A stretch of DNA of 64,000 nt, taken from NCBI RefSeq assembly GCF_022045235.1, contig NW_027266343.1, forward strand, positions 44,702,001 through 44,766,000, read 5' to 3'. Within the stretch, counting starts at the first letter, position 1. Each line of letters begins with the position of its first letter. Position numbers and translations under genes: made by a program. Below, one piece after another: positions 13,011 to 25,329 of the stretch. Source of the stretch: Haliotis cracherodii (Eukaryota). Under the pieces are notes generated by a model. It saw nothing but the letters and a program-made list of their open reading frames with translations. It had not been told where the DNA came from and made no database searches.

Positions 13011-14338
13011 TACACACCTTGAGATACTACTCATACCGAGTTAAGGACCACCCAATTTGTTCCTATCACTGTTTTATCTGTCATGGCAAAGTTTTACTGT
13101 AGTTATACATGTATGAACAAATCGGGTGAACCTTAACTTCTTGTAATGTAAGTAGTATGTGATAGAAATACCATTCAAAGTAGTGATGAACCCAGCTCAC
13201 ATGTTAATATTTTGATTCTTGCCTCATTTTGACCTTGTACAAAAAACACAAATTGTTAAGTGAGCTGAAGAGCTTGTGGGCTCTTCATTTATAAAGACAT
13301 AGTGACAATAAATATGCTACAGTAAACATACTAATAAAACCATCTCTGGAATATTGCAAGTGGAAAAATGGAATGACTGGAACGGAGCTTGTACACCATT
13401 GTACGCATGCATCACTTCACAAATGTTTTGGTACATATAAACCAAACAGGGTGAGAAATCAACGGAATAGTTTTAAGAAAAATAACTTAATCTGAATAAT
13501 CAAGAATTATTTGCACATACCCCATATACGCAAGTCATAATTAATGTAAACAGATCATACGGAATTATATTAGAAACTAAATATTATACAGAAACACTTG
13601 GAAAACGCATTGTGGATGTTTCTTAATAAGTAACATGACTGGAAGGTTATGTCCAGGTATGACATCTGAATGAGGATTCAAACTCAGACAACACTACTGC
13701 AATGTTGCATGCCTTCAGGCCTAACTGCCACATACCAATTTGTTGGTTCTCTGTCAGTTCGCTGAAAGTTATTTCCCAAATTCCACCATGCCGTTTCCTA
13801 GTTTCCTAATCATCCCTACAATGACTGGTGATTGTGCCTCCTCAGGGTGTTATATCAGCCCTGAATATATACCACAGCTGCTGCAGTCTTATAGTATTGA
13901 CTTCCACCTAAAGTGGGATGTGATCCTACAGAGCTTTCTGCCATTACCATTTCAGTTGAATCATTACAATATTCTGAAAATAATTCCACCAATACAATTA
14001 AGTGAAATATATGACCATATCTTTCTGAAAAACATTTCCTGTAACAGACAAGATAATGAATGACCTTGCTGCAGTGATTGTCACACATATTACCAATAAA
14101 TAATTAATACCCCAAATGAATCAAATATTACCAAAACTGTCTTAATGTATGATTGGAGGTTTACAGATTTTGAAGTTTGGGTAATAGAATATAATGCCAA
14201 GGATTTATTTTCACCAAACACAATGTCGAGAAATGCCAAAAATGATTACTAATTGTTTTGGACGCAAATTACACAAGATATTCCTAACTGCCCCAGTTTG
14301 AGGTTGGATTGTCTCGACCAGGTGACAGTGATAGGATG

Positions 14339-14598
14339 TTTGCTTGTTGTTTAATGCTGCACTCAACAATATTCCAGCTATATGACAGTGGTCTGTAAAT
14401 AATCAAAACTGGACCAGACAATCCAGTGATTGACATTATGAGCATCGATCCACTCAATTGGTATACAATGACTTGCATCAACCAAGTCAGCGAGCCTGAC
14501 CACGCAATCCCATTAGTCGCCTTTTACGACAAGCATAGTCACCTTAAGGGCAAGCATGGGTTGATGAAGATCTATTGTACCCCAGATCTTCACGGGTC
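14339..14598 (-). mobile_element. Retroposon family C, about 260 bp, no tRNA head. Other copies near 1810-1985, 9880-10125, 10515-10685, 19425-19655, 20200-20452, 21030-21289, 24257-24475, 30280-30520, 31968-32140, 32920-33168, 34468-34726, 42315-42510, 43127-43372, 46884-47484, 60918-61147
   Basis: 13-bp target-site duplication CAGTGATAGGATG (14326-14338 and 14599-14611); starts GACCCGTGAAGATC; family tail GCTGGAATATTG...GCGGCGTTAAAC(AAAC)n. Confidence 0.88.
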
Positions 14599-14677
14599 CA
14601 GTGATAGGATGACTGTGTAAATATATATTTATCAAGAAGCTGACAACATCCATTCTATACTTCTGTTTACAGTCATA

Positions 14678-15241
14678 TAGTTTACAACAAGCAAACCCCT
14701 CCCAATGTCTATATTACTGAAATAGTAGCACATGTAGTACATGCAATGTTTCTTGTTCCAAGGAACTTAAATATAAGGTCTGCAGTTGCTATGGTAATAA
14801 CCAATTAATTGACATGCCTGAATTTAATAAAACATCCCCAATCACCATGGCTACATTATAGCATAGAAAAATGTTATAATTGAACATAATTAATGACAAA
14901 AATATTTGGTTTTAAGACAAAGACTTCTGAAAAAATGGAAAATGTTACTACTTACTCTGTAGTTTACAACAAGCAAACCCCTCCCAATGTCTATATTACT
15001 GAAATAATAGCACATGTAGTACATGCAATGTTTCTTGTTCCAAGAAACTTAAATATAAGGTCTGCAGTTGCTATGATAATAACCAATTATTTGACATGCC
15101 TGAAATTTATAAAACATCCCCAATCACCATGGCTACATTATAGCATAGAAAGATGTTATAATTAAACATAATTAATGACAAAAATATTTGGTTTTAAGAC
15201 AAAGACTTCTGAAAAAATGGAAAATATTACTAGCATACTCT
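14678..15241. repeat. Near-identical 282-bp tandem duplication (2 copies)
   Basis: TAGTTTACAACAAGCAAACCCCTCCC starts at 14678 and at 14960. Confidence 0.9.
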
Positions 15242-16247
15242 GTTCTCAATTAGTTGCATAGCTACGGACATTAAGCCCACAAATATGATTATTATGAAAC
15301 CAAAGGATTTTGCAGGACATATCCCTTTACATATATTACATATGGTTCAAATAACCTACAACATAACAGATCTTGCTTCATATCACCATGACAACCTACG
15401 ACATAACAGATCTTGCTTCATATAACCTACAACATACCCAACAGCTGTTAACAGTAATAATACTGAAGGTAATAAATAAGGGAACATGTTTGATATGATA
15501 TCCAGAATGTGTTCTGTAAATGATCGGAGGTTATCTGGCAGTGTTGTGACATTTGATACCAACAGTTCACTTCAAGACTTATTTTGTCAATGTGAAGCAT
15601 TTACATTGAACACAAGTGACTTCCTTCCGCTGTATTGCTGTTCCCTTATTTAATTTGATCAGTATATATGCCATCCTGGTTTAACACCATGTAGATATGA
15701 ACAATATTAACCATGTTTATCAATTCAACGAGTGATGCATACATGACTATGTAGTGGAAACATCTAATAATCATCAAATTATATCTCATGCTCTCTCATT
15801 ATTTCAAGGTTTCATATTGGTTCCTTTTCCATGAAATTGTCATCAAAAATGACCAAAAGATATTTTTCAAAATTGGTAACATGGTTCATCCAAAACTGTC
15901 ACTATGTCCTAAATTTAAAGTCTTCAAAAAGGCTTTCCAAAGACTAAATTAAGTTTTCAAGTACTACTTCGCTGAAAAAAAATAATCAAAATTAATTATG
16001 GGCCACTGAAAATGACAGTACTTTTAAGTATAAATGAATAAATTCAGAACAATCATCTGATAAATAAAAAAATAAAAAATAAACATGAAATTCAAGTTCT
16101 TTTGATCACAAGACGTTTTAAGGCCTTTTCAAGATCAATGCTGAAATCAAAGTGCTTTTCGACCATTGGTGATGATAAAAAAAAGTTCTACAAAAAGGTG
16201 ACTAAATCGTCATCTGTACTTAAGAGACATCCACATCCACACGGGCA

Positions 16248-17414
16248 TTATAGTGCACAGCCATCTTCATAGGGACACGTGTCTTGCTGCACCCATCCCT
16301 TGAGATTGGAGTACACCTGTGCTGGCTGTTTGACATCATGCAGACGTTCACAGAGGCCGCACCAGTTCATACGTGTCCACCCATTAGGGAGCAGCCTATA
16401 ATCCTTCTTCCAGGAAAAATAGGAATTATACAGAGATTCATTCCTCGCAACTTTGAGCAGATATTGAGCCAAAGCTTTGACACTTTCAAAGTCATCCACG
16501 TTTATGTAGGACCCAGGTGGCACCATTGTTTTGTAGTCAGCTCCGCCTCGTACAACCGGGATCTGATCCCGAATAATTGGTCGCCAGAACTTTTCTGACA
16601 AGTAGTCGCGACAATACCCATTCTCAAACGACAAATAGAACTTGTAGTCATCAAACACGTCTTTACAGCTCTTTTTACAATCCAGATTACCACATTTTCC
16701 GTATATGTCAATTCCTACATACTGTTGGAGTTCTCGAACAACATCAATTCTATTGCTGCGATCATTACAGTTGCTGCTCACCCACAATGCCATTTTTGCT
16801 TTCTTCCTGTGGTAATTTTCTTCCCTAAAATGCAAAATTTTGTCTTGAGGATTTAATGGTACCCATTGCCCATATGGAGAAAAGATGGTGGCGTCTTTAC
16901 GGTACCAGCTAGTCCAGTTGAATACACCATTGAACTTGCTCAGTGGGAGATATATATAATAGGGAGGCTCAGTGTTATGTAGAATCCAGATCTGATCTGT
17001 AGTTCGGGACGAGGGTAGCGGACTGTCAAGATGGTCAGATAAATCTCGGACATTGAAAAGCACAGCGTGACTCGACGTGAGGAGGTGTCTGTTTGTGGTC
17101 ACTTCGCAGTTGGTCACTGGACAGTCCTGGAAGACGTTGTGGTCAGCATCCCACACGAGTCCTGTGAAGAAGGATGTCCACAGGAGGACAAGCTTCCGGC
17201 CGTCACCGGTATGGCCAACAGGGGTGCCTGCGTCGGGGAAGACTGTCACAAAACGAGGATCTTTGGAATTGTGGCTCCATTGTGATGGTGGAACACCAGA
17301 CTGGTTGCATCTGAACCTTTTGTAAAGTATAGGTGCCAACACTATTCCTGTAATGATGGCCAACAGTGTACAGAACTTCCTCTGTCTTGGTCGAAATGGC
17401 CATCTTAGAAACAT
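16248..17414 (-). CDS. Alpha-(1,3)-fucosyltransferase (GT10), 388 aa, single coding exon
   Basis: Type II membrane anchor (LLAIITGIVLAPILY), HNTEPP, FNWTSWYRKDATI, VSSNC, IDIYGKC and the GT10 motif YKFYLSFENGYCRDYLSEKFW. Acceptor at 17456 and an upstream UTR-exon donor near 18402. Confidence 0.95.
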   Translation of the reverse strand: MFLRWPFRPRQRKFCTLLAIITGIVLAPILYKRFRCNQSGVPPSQWSHNSKDPRFVTVFPDAGTPVGHTGDGRKLVLLWTSFFTGLVWDADHNVFQDCPVTNCEVTTNRHLLTSSHAVLFNVRDLSDHLDSPLPSSRTTDQIWILHNTEPPYYIYLPLSKFNGVFNWTSWYRKDATIFSPYGQWVPLNPQDKILHFREENYHRKKAKMALWVSSNCNDRSNRIDVVRELQQYVGIDIYGKCGNLDCKKSCKDVFDDYKFYLSFENGYCRDYLSEKFWRPIIRDQIPVVRGGADYKTMVPPGSYINVDDFESVKALAQYLLKVARNESLYNSYFSWKKDYRLLPNGWTRMNWCGLCERLHDVKQPAQVYSNLKGWVQQDTCPYEDGCAL

Positions 17415-18951
17415 TTGGTCAGCATAGCAGACTGGTCACCCTGCAAATTCAACACCTGAAACAACCATGTAAATATTAGGGCCAGGATGGGTAACTCAGG
17501 TACTCAGGTCAGGTGGATCCACAGGACTACCTGGACCCGTGGTTAGTCACATAATGAGAAAAGTTCACTACCACAATTCCATGATTACCTACAAATTTCT
17601 AATGTTCGTACAACTTTCTGAACCTTACTTTCATATGTTTTATGTAAAGATACAGCTTCAGTCAACTTCAGCATATGCATAACCAGATTGTTTTATAGAT
17701 GTACTTAAATACCTTTTGCCAGGGGGTCCGGTAAAACAATTCCTAATCGCACATTTTGTACCCATCTCTTGAATCTACTGTGGGTGTCCGAGTATGAAGT
17801 AAATATGACAATCCCCAACACCTCCCAAAGTCTTTAGTCATTAATGTGGCACTATACAATTTCTTAATCATTGGTGATCTCCTTGATTAATATTTTTATC
17901 TTTACAAGACCACATGTACTTCTGGTTTCATGGAATTTCTAAAGCTAATATTTGTAAACAATTATAAAGTAAACTGTTACAATCTAATTTTAGTGGTCTT
18001 GAGGTGTGTGCACAAATCCTGCAAACAATTTCATTTTTTTGAAACTGGGTATTTTCAAGTATTTTCAAGAACACTTTGTATTTTGTAAATATTGATCAAC
18101 TGTACTCACACGTCTATGTAGAGAACTTACTTGATGGGCCTATAAAATACGATTTATCTTTTAACTTTTTTTTCAGTTCAAAGAGAATAAATGATTTCAT
18201 CACATATCTACCTGCTTTATTTCTCCCATCCCCATGACAACGCGGTAACACAAGAATCACTGAGCAACAGAAAATACAAGCTAGGCCTGCTATAACCTGC
18301 TAGTGCTAATAAGTAATATGATCTACTAGTCATATCATCGGCCCAGGTGTTTTATTTCTTTGAAGATCAACATCTACATACAAAAACAGATACTGTGAAT
18401 ACCTCGGTGTTTTCTCTTTCGAAATATCCTGTACAGTAAAAAAGATCCACTCGGAAAGGATTACAGCTATATATCATATCCAGAATCTTTGTCTCCCAAA
18501 GCCGCAAAATATAGAAGCATCGGGCACCTTCGTGGAACAAAATTACTGAACTCCTCACAGCGCTCAGCTCGTTTTAACGACTGGTGCAATGGATACAATG
18601 CGCATCCGCCCGGATAATTTAGTTCAATATGTCCGTCCTCAGACTAGAGGCCCAGTCGGTAAGAGCCTTTGTTGTGGAGATTTTAAGAGGGGATGTAACT
18701 CTGTCCGTGTACGGTTATTTCGCAGATAGATCAAGTTCCCCAACAGAGACGGATCGAGCCATTTGGCGATTCTCATGGAAACGTGATGCATGTAGCTATT
18801 GTTTTGTTTTTTTGTTGTTGTTTTGTTGGGGGGAGGGGGTTATTTTGTGTTTTAACTTGTCTAAAGTCTCGTGCGAAAGACGAGATTATAATATAAGTAA
18901 AACGACGTGCATAAAATAGAAGCTAGAACTCAAATGTTTATTCAGAACTAA

Positions 18952-19212
18952 GTGAGTGAGTGAGTTGTGTTTAATTCCGCTTTTAACAGTATTCCAGTTA
19001 TATCACGGCGTGTCGAGCCCGAAGTGATGCAGTCTCAGACGTTTACCGCTTTTGTGAAACCCACCAGCACGGGTATGGTGCTGACAAACCTAGAAACATA
19101 ATCGGGGCGAACCGGAATTCAAACCCAATCATAGGTTTCTGGCGTGCCCAAGGGACGCAACTCTGCACAGCGAATTGCTACCACTTAGACGACTGGGCCA
19201 CCCGTGCTCCCC
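18952..19212 (-). mobile_element. tRNA(Leu-like)-headed SINE family B, about 260-280 bp. Other copies near 2831-3075, 7312-7562, 10188-10425, 12520-12725, 28281-28561(-), 53025-53306, 63898-64000
   Basis: A box TGGCCCAGTCG, B box GGTTCGAATCC in better-preserved copies, (TCAC)n tail. This copy has a 13-bp target-site duplication TATTCAGAACTAA (18939-18951 and 19213-19225); the 28281 copy has TATGCTTCAGA. Confidence 0.9.
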
Positions 19213-21603
19213 TATTCAGAACTAATGTGTTGTCATTTTGATATTTAGCTTCCATAATGTCAGTGATGCAAAACAACTCAGATTTAATGTTATTTCGCCG
19301 TGACTTCTAATCATAATGAAGTTTCTGTGAATCTGAACTTGAATATGTCCTCTACCGTGTTTAGCTGTCAGTATGGACAAATGCAGTCTGGACCAGGAGG
19401 CGCGAGGACGTGCATGCCTCTCTCTTTGTTTTGTTTAACGCCGCACGTGTTAATATTTCAGCTATATGACGGTGGCATGTAAACAATCGAGTCCGGGCAA
19501 TCCAGTGATGGATCGTGTGATCAACGATCCAAGCCGTTGACGTACGTTGACTCGCATCAACCAAGTCATTGCGCCTAACCAACCGAATCATCCGATTATT
19601 TAATCGCCTCTTGCGACCAGCATAGCTTGCTTGAACCTTTCTAACCCGGAACCCCAACGCGTGTATGCAGGGCTGCCGCTGCTTTCCTGAGTATGTGCTA
19701 GCATCTTTTTAAGTGTAAGGGCGCCCCACGTTTCCAAACGGTTGTATCCCCGAATGCCTGGGTATAGGTTCCATACCCTGATTCGCGTGGGGCCTGTTTT
19801 TCATACAGGAATGGAATGCGGCAACTCCGTTGACCAATCTATGCACCTGGTGACTGCTCCGCCAATGACAACATTGCAAGGAAACATACATTACATAAAA
19901 ACATATATTGTTTAACCATGCCACATTATGATTACGTGTACGTCGTACCGTGCGCTAGCGACCACTCGATGCTGTCTCTTAAACCATACCTACTATCTTG
20001 TCAAAATATTCACCAGCGAATGTATTAAATAAGCTGAAAATACATAAGACGTGTCTCTCAAGCCTCAAGTACATGTCCCGGGCACCTGTCACGTCGAATA
20101 ATAGCTTTGTGTGTACTTGGATTGAGCCCTACATCAGCTGCTCGTGTCTGGGAAAGAGTGTTACTACTGTTTGGGGTCAACTATCTTGCAGGGAATATAA
20201 TTTGTTTGTTTGTTTGTGTGTTTGTTTAACGCCGCATTCAGCAATATTCCAGTTATATGACGGCGGTCTGTAAGTAATCGAGTCTGGACCAGACAATCCA
20301 GTGATTTACATCATGAGCATCGTTCCACGCAATTGGGACACAATGACATGCATCAACCAAGTCAGCGAGCCTGAACACCCGACCCCGTTAGTCGCCTCTT
20401 ACGACAAGCATAGTCGCCTTTTACGGCTAGCATGGGTTGCCGAAGACCTATTCTCTCAATCTTGTCAGTGTTGAATGCTATACTGACAAGCTACTTCCCC
20501 CCATCCCTCCCACCCCCCACCCCACCCCACCCCCACCCCTAATGTCTGGAATGATATGTAGGTCCATGGAACTTGGACATACAAATGTGAGACAATCTCT
20601 GACAAACGATTTATTAAATCTCCTATCTTTAATATGTTGAAACTTGTACATAAATATGAGCTCTGATATCAGTTGAATAAGTACATTGAATACACCGTTA
20701 TGCCCATGAAATCTACATGAATAATTACCGTAAATGAAAGAGTGAAACGGCACAGCCTCTTGTCATTACATGGGCACATGTCCGTCAGTGAAGATTTAAG
20801 CAGATAATTAACAGTTAGATCAAATAATATTAACATTATCTGGCAACTCCCATTGTGTTATCCTCATTCAAATAGAGCTGTATCAACAATTGTCAAGGTT
20901 AAAGTAAAATAAAGTCTGTCGAGTGTGTGTGGGGGAAAGCAGCAAATTATGTTGCTAAACATATTCTTATGTCATGTGACATTAAATGTACGAGACAAAT
21001 TTATTCTTTAAGGGTACACGTATGTGACATTATTGTTGGTTGGTTGTTTGGTTGGTTTGTTGTTTAACGCCGCACTCAGCAATATTCCAGTTATATGACT
21101 GCTTTCTGTAAATAATCGAGTCTGGACCAGACAATCCAGTGATTGACAGCATGAGCATCAATCTACGCAATTGGGTTCGATGATATTCATCAACCAAGTC
21201 AGCGAGTCTGACCACCCGATCCCGATAGTCGCCTTTTACGACAAGCATGGGTTGCTGAAGACCTATTCTAACCCGGATCTTCACGGGTTGTGATATTATT
21301 GATGTCAACGACTTTGTAAATATATGGACAAGTGATGACGACGTTGTATTGTCCTTTTTGCATGAAGGACATATTGATCATCTTCCCTTCAATATGGGGA
21401 AGAAATGTACGTTATTACTCCAACAGTATCTCTACAAATGGAGATATCTTTTCTTACTACATTATGTTTTGTGACTACTGTACATGTGCATTTTTTTCTG
21501 AGTTGTTTTTTACGAAGTTAACATACCTAAAATTGTAGTCTTCAGTATGGGGGAACTAAATACAATCAATCCTGGACACCAGACAAGGGGGAACAATTCC
21601 TCT

Positions 21604-23628
21604 TCAAAACAATTTATGTCCAGTATGGACCAGAAACTTAAGTTTCTGCCAAAACAAATTGTCTTCCCTTCTCAAATACTCCTTCCTGTTCAACGCTTTC
21701 TTTGCGGCCTCAGACCTTACATTATCAACGTCGATGTTGTTGTAAATAATCATGATGATGTTGGATTCGTGGTCTTTGTGTTTGTGTCGTGCCTGGTCAT
21801 ATTCAAAAGATGTCCAGTTGAGAGCGTTGAAGTATGTGTCAGATACGATGGATATAAACCGCTTGCTTCTGTCAATATAACTCAGTATTTCCTCTGCCTG
21901 TGAAACTCCAACGTCAAAATCCCGTAACGGACAGCAGATTCGAAAGCCTTGATTATTATTTTCCAAATTTTCCAAAAGGACATTTTTAACCCAAAGTACA
22001 ATGTCCATATTGTCGTTATCAAACGACAAGTAACCATGGTAGTCCATCTCCGCTTCGTCATCTTCATACTTGCCAACAGGTTGGACTTTTCTTCCTCTTA
22101 TTAAATACATCACAAATGGAAGCTTTTTCTTTCCCCAAACTCTGCATGCTACAGCAGCGAGTATTACCATGGCAACGGTGATGGTAACGCCTACTGTTAC
22201 GGGAACCACTATAACAGTGACACAGTCAATGCGGTCCTTCATGGCAGATAGTCTGATAGGCGATCCATCCTTGTAGCATACTGATCGCTGATTGGCTGGA
22301 TCGTTACTCGTGACGTCTATCCAATCAGAAACCCATGTTAAATCACAAGAGCAGTCGAGTATGTTTCCTTCCAAATGAACATTACTGAATCGCACAACTT
22401 GTAACTCTTTCGGTAGCGTCATCAGCTGGTTTGAAGCAAGATTAAGCATAGCTATATTTCCCATGACTTGAACAGCTCCCCCTTCTATAACAAACAATCT
22501 ATTATTGGACAAATCCAGGTATGTTACACGTGATAGGTATGATCTAAACTCAAGCTTTGAAATATAATTCCAACTTAAGTTTAAATACAATGGCCCCGAG
22601 GGCATCTGGTCTGGAAATGAGATAAGAGTGGAACACACGACGCTTGTATATTTGTACGCTGGTACACTCTGGCAATGGCAGGAAGTGGGACAGCCTTCAA
22701 TAACAGGACATACCAACTCAGTAATTGGCACGTCCAGTGCATTCTGGCCACTGAGTCTCTTCGGGGTTGCACATTTGAATGATAACTGGTCACGTATTGC
22801 TTTTGACAGCATAAATGTGTCTGAATGCAGTAGATGTCTGAATTCATACAGCATGCAGTCGCATCGCCATGGATTGTTTTGGAGAAGAAACCCCATTGCT
22901 CCAAACTTCATCGTGGTGACTGTATCTGGATCAGCATTAAAGTGGTAGACATCTTTCACAGCGTCTAGGATCCACCCCGAGAAGTTATTGAAGGTGAGAT
23001 CAACCCGATTATTCAGACCTAGTTTTGACGTCCTAAATATGTCCACAATGGTGAGGTTTGGGGCGTTCCGGAAGATGCTGATGTCGTTGTGACTAAAGTT
23101 AAATGTCGAAATTTGATTATTTTTTGTGAAAGGCCAAGGTTCAAAGTAGGTCAGTTTGTTGTAAGATAAATCCACACCTTCGACACAGGTAACATATCCG
23201 TCAAAAGCATGTGGGTCTATCCGGTGAATATGATTATGGGATAGATACAAAAACTTTGCGACAATGCCCTTGATCTCTGGCCCATTGATCTCTGCGATTT
23301 TGTTGTAGGATAGACGAAGATGGTGGATATTGATAGTTAAGTTTTCAAAAAACCCATCCTTAATTTCTGCAATTCCATTGGATGACAAATCCAAGATATT
23401 AATATGTTTATTTATTAAGGATCGAAAGAGTGCAGGTTTGTCCAGAGAACCATTCAGAACTGTGATCAAGGACGAGTTGCAGTACACGTCTTCTGTGTTG
23501 CAAGTACAGTTGGTCGGGCAACTCGAGCTGATATCGCTTGAGGTGAAGAAATTACAGGCAAACATAATATGACATGTCAAAGCGAAAATATATACGACGG
23601 TGTGGATGATTCTAGCATATCCCATCAT
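21604..23628 (-). CDS. Toll-like receptor, multiple-cysteine-cluster (protostome) type, 674 aa, single coding exon
   Basis: Signal peptide, LRRNT (CPTNCTC), LRRs, LRRCT (NPWRCDC), second LRRNT (CPTSCHC), LRRs, second LRRCT (NILDCSC), TM helix (VIVVPVTVGVTITVAMVILAAVA), and TIR domain (YHGYLSF, RDFDVG, FWQKL). Confidence 0.95.
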   Translation of the reverse strand: MMGYARIIHTVVYIFALTCHIMFACNFFTSSDISSSCPTNCTCNTEDVYCNSSLITVLNGSLDKPALFRSLINKHINILDLSSNGIAEIKDGFFENLTINIHHLRLSYNKIAEINGPEIKGIVAKFLYLSHNHIHRIDPHAFDGYVTCVEGVDLSYNKLTYFEPWPFTKNNQISTFNFSHNDISIFRNAPNLTIVDIFRTSKLGLNNRVDLTFNNFSGWILDAVKDVYHFNADPDTVTTMKFGAMGFLLQNNPWRCDCMLYEFRHLLHSDTFMLSKAIRDQLSFKCATPKRLSGQNALDVPITELVCPVIEGCPTSCHCQSVPAYKYTSVVCSTLISFPDQMPSGPLYLNLSWNYISKLEFRSYLSRVTYLDLSNNRLFVIEGGAVQVMGNIAMLNLASNQLMTLPKELQVVRFSNVHLEGNILDCSCDLTWVSDWIDVTSNDPANQRSVCYKDGSPIRLSAMKDRIDCVTVIVVPVTVGVTITVAMVILAAVACRVWGKKKLPFVMYLIRGRKVQPVGKYEDDEAEMDYHGYLSFDNDNMDIVLWVKNVLLENLENNNQGFRICCPLRDFDVGVSQAEEILSYIDRSKRFISIVSDTYFNALNWTSFEYDQARHKHKDHESNIIMIIYNNIDVDNVRSEAAKKALNRKEYLRREDNLFWQKLKFLVHTGHKLF

Positions 23629-25329
23629 TGTTTGAGTGTGCTGAGAGTTTCTTCAAATTGAAAGTGTAATGAAAATGAAAGTTTTACATTCCAATAGAAA
23701 TAAAAAGTTTGTAAGTGAAGTCAGGGTCAAGGTCAAGGTCCAGGCCGGGTTCTCCACTCAGGTTAAAGGTTGCTGCACGAAGTCATTTTGTGGTATCGTG
23801 ACCACCGAGAACATCCTACATGCCCGGTACCTCGAACGAGGGAATATGATTGCTTCCATGGTGTTCTGTTCCTTTGTACACTGCTAAATGTCGGGCAAGT
23901 TTCTTCCCCTGCAAAACACCAACATCGTATAAGTGAGTGAGTGAGTGAGTATGGTTTTACGCTGCTTTTAGCAATATTCCAGCAGTATCACGGCGGGGGA
24001 CACCAGAAATGGGCTTACCACATTGTACCCATTTTGGGAATTGAACCAGGGTCTTCGGCGTGACGAGCGAACGCTTTAACCACTAGGCTACCCGACCGCC
24101 CCCAACATCATATAAGAGACGCAGTAAATTTTGGTTGCATTTTTAGATGTGACCAGGTCATTTCCTACCGACATGGTAGGCATTTAAACGCCACACAAGT
24201 GCCTTCCTTCTTATTATTTGGTACTGTGTCCCATTGCTCTTATTGTGGGAAATATTCCGCACTCAACAATATTCCAGCTTTATGACGGCGGTCTGTAAAC
24301 AATCGAGTCTGGACCAGGCAATCCAGTGATTGACATCATGAGCATAGATCCACGCAATTGGGACACAATGACATGCATCAACCAAGTCAGCGAGCCTGAA
24401 CACCCGACCCCGTTAATCGCCTCTTACGACAAGCATAGTCGCCTTTTACGGCTAGCATGGGTTGCCGAAGACCGATTCTCTCAATCTTGTCAGTGTTGAA
24501 TGTTATTCCAGCTTTATGACGGCGGTCTGTAAACAATCGAGTCTGGACCAGGCAATCCAGTGATTGACATCGTGATCATCGATCTGGGATACACTTGGGA
24601 TACGATGTACACACCTGATAGTGTTCAATGTCATTTCAAGAAAATAATCTTCATACAAAAATCTTTGAAGTCACATAAATAAATGTGCCACTGCAAGCTA
24701 GTCTGTCGAAATAACAGAGTCACGGTTTACTGTTTGAGTATTTGTTCTTGACAAGTAAGCAGACGCTAGCTGTCAGAAATATAGATTACTTAACGAATCC
24801 CGTTCGATACCGTATATTATACAATGGGTGCATTTCAAAACGCATCTAACGAATGGCCGAGTCAGATACGTTTTGAAATAACAACGGTATCAAAAGGGGC
24901 GAGTGTAGTTATTTATTTATAACCCACTATACTCAGCACATTATCTAAATTCAACGTCGATAAAAGCCGTTGTTATCACGTTCGTTGAAATACACTCGCG
25001 ATAAGAACGATATCCAATCGTGAATTGTGATCACGAGTAAAGTTTCAGTTAGTAATAAATATATTTATTTATAACTCGCTTAAACTTTCAAGCATGTACT
25101 GATTCTGGTAATGTAACCGTCAACCCCATTTGTCCACCAGCTAAAGTTTTACCCATTGCAATAAACGGAGAGTCAAAGTAAGAGCAGTCAGTCTCACAGT
25201 CCCTGGACCATGTTACACCCCCTTCTACTAAGCGATTACTGTAACGTTATAGCTCTAAATGAAGCAAGTCTGCATTTTCCACAGGCTCAGGATCTCCCGT
25301 TTCATTACGGATCCTTTTCATTTTAATGG

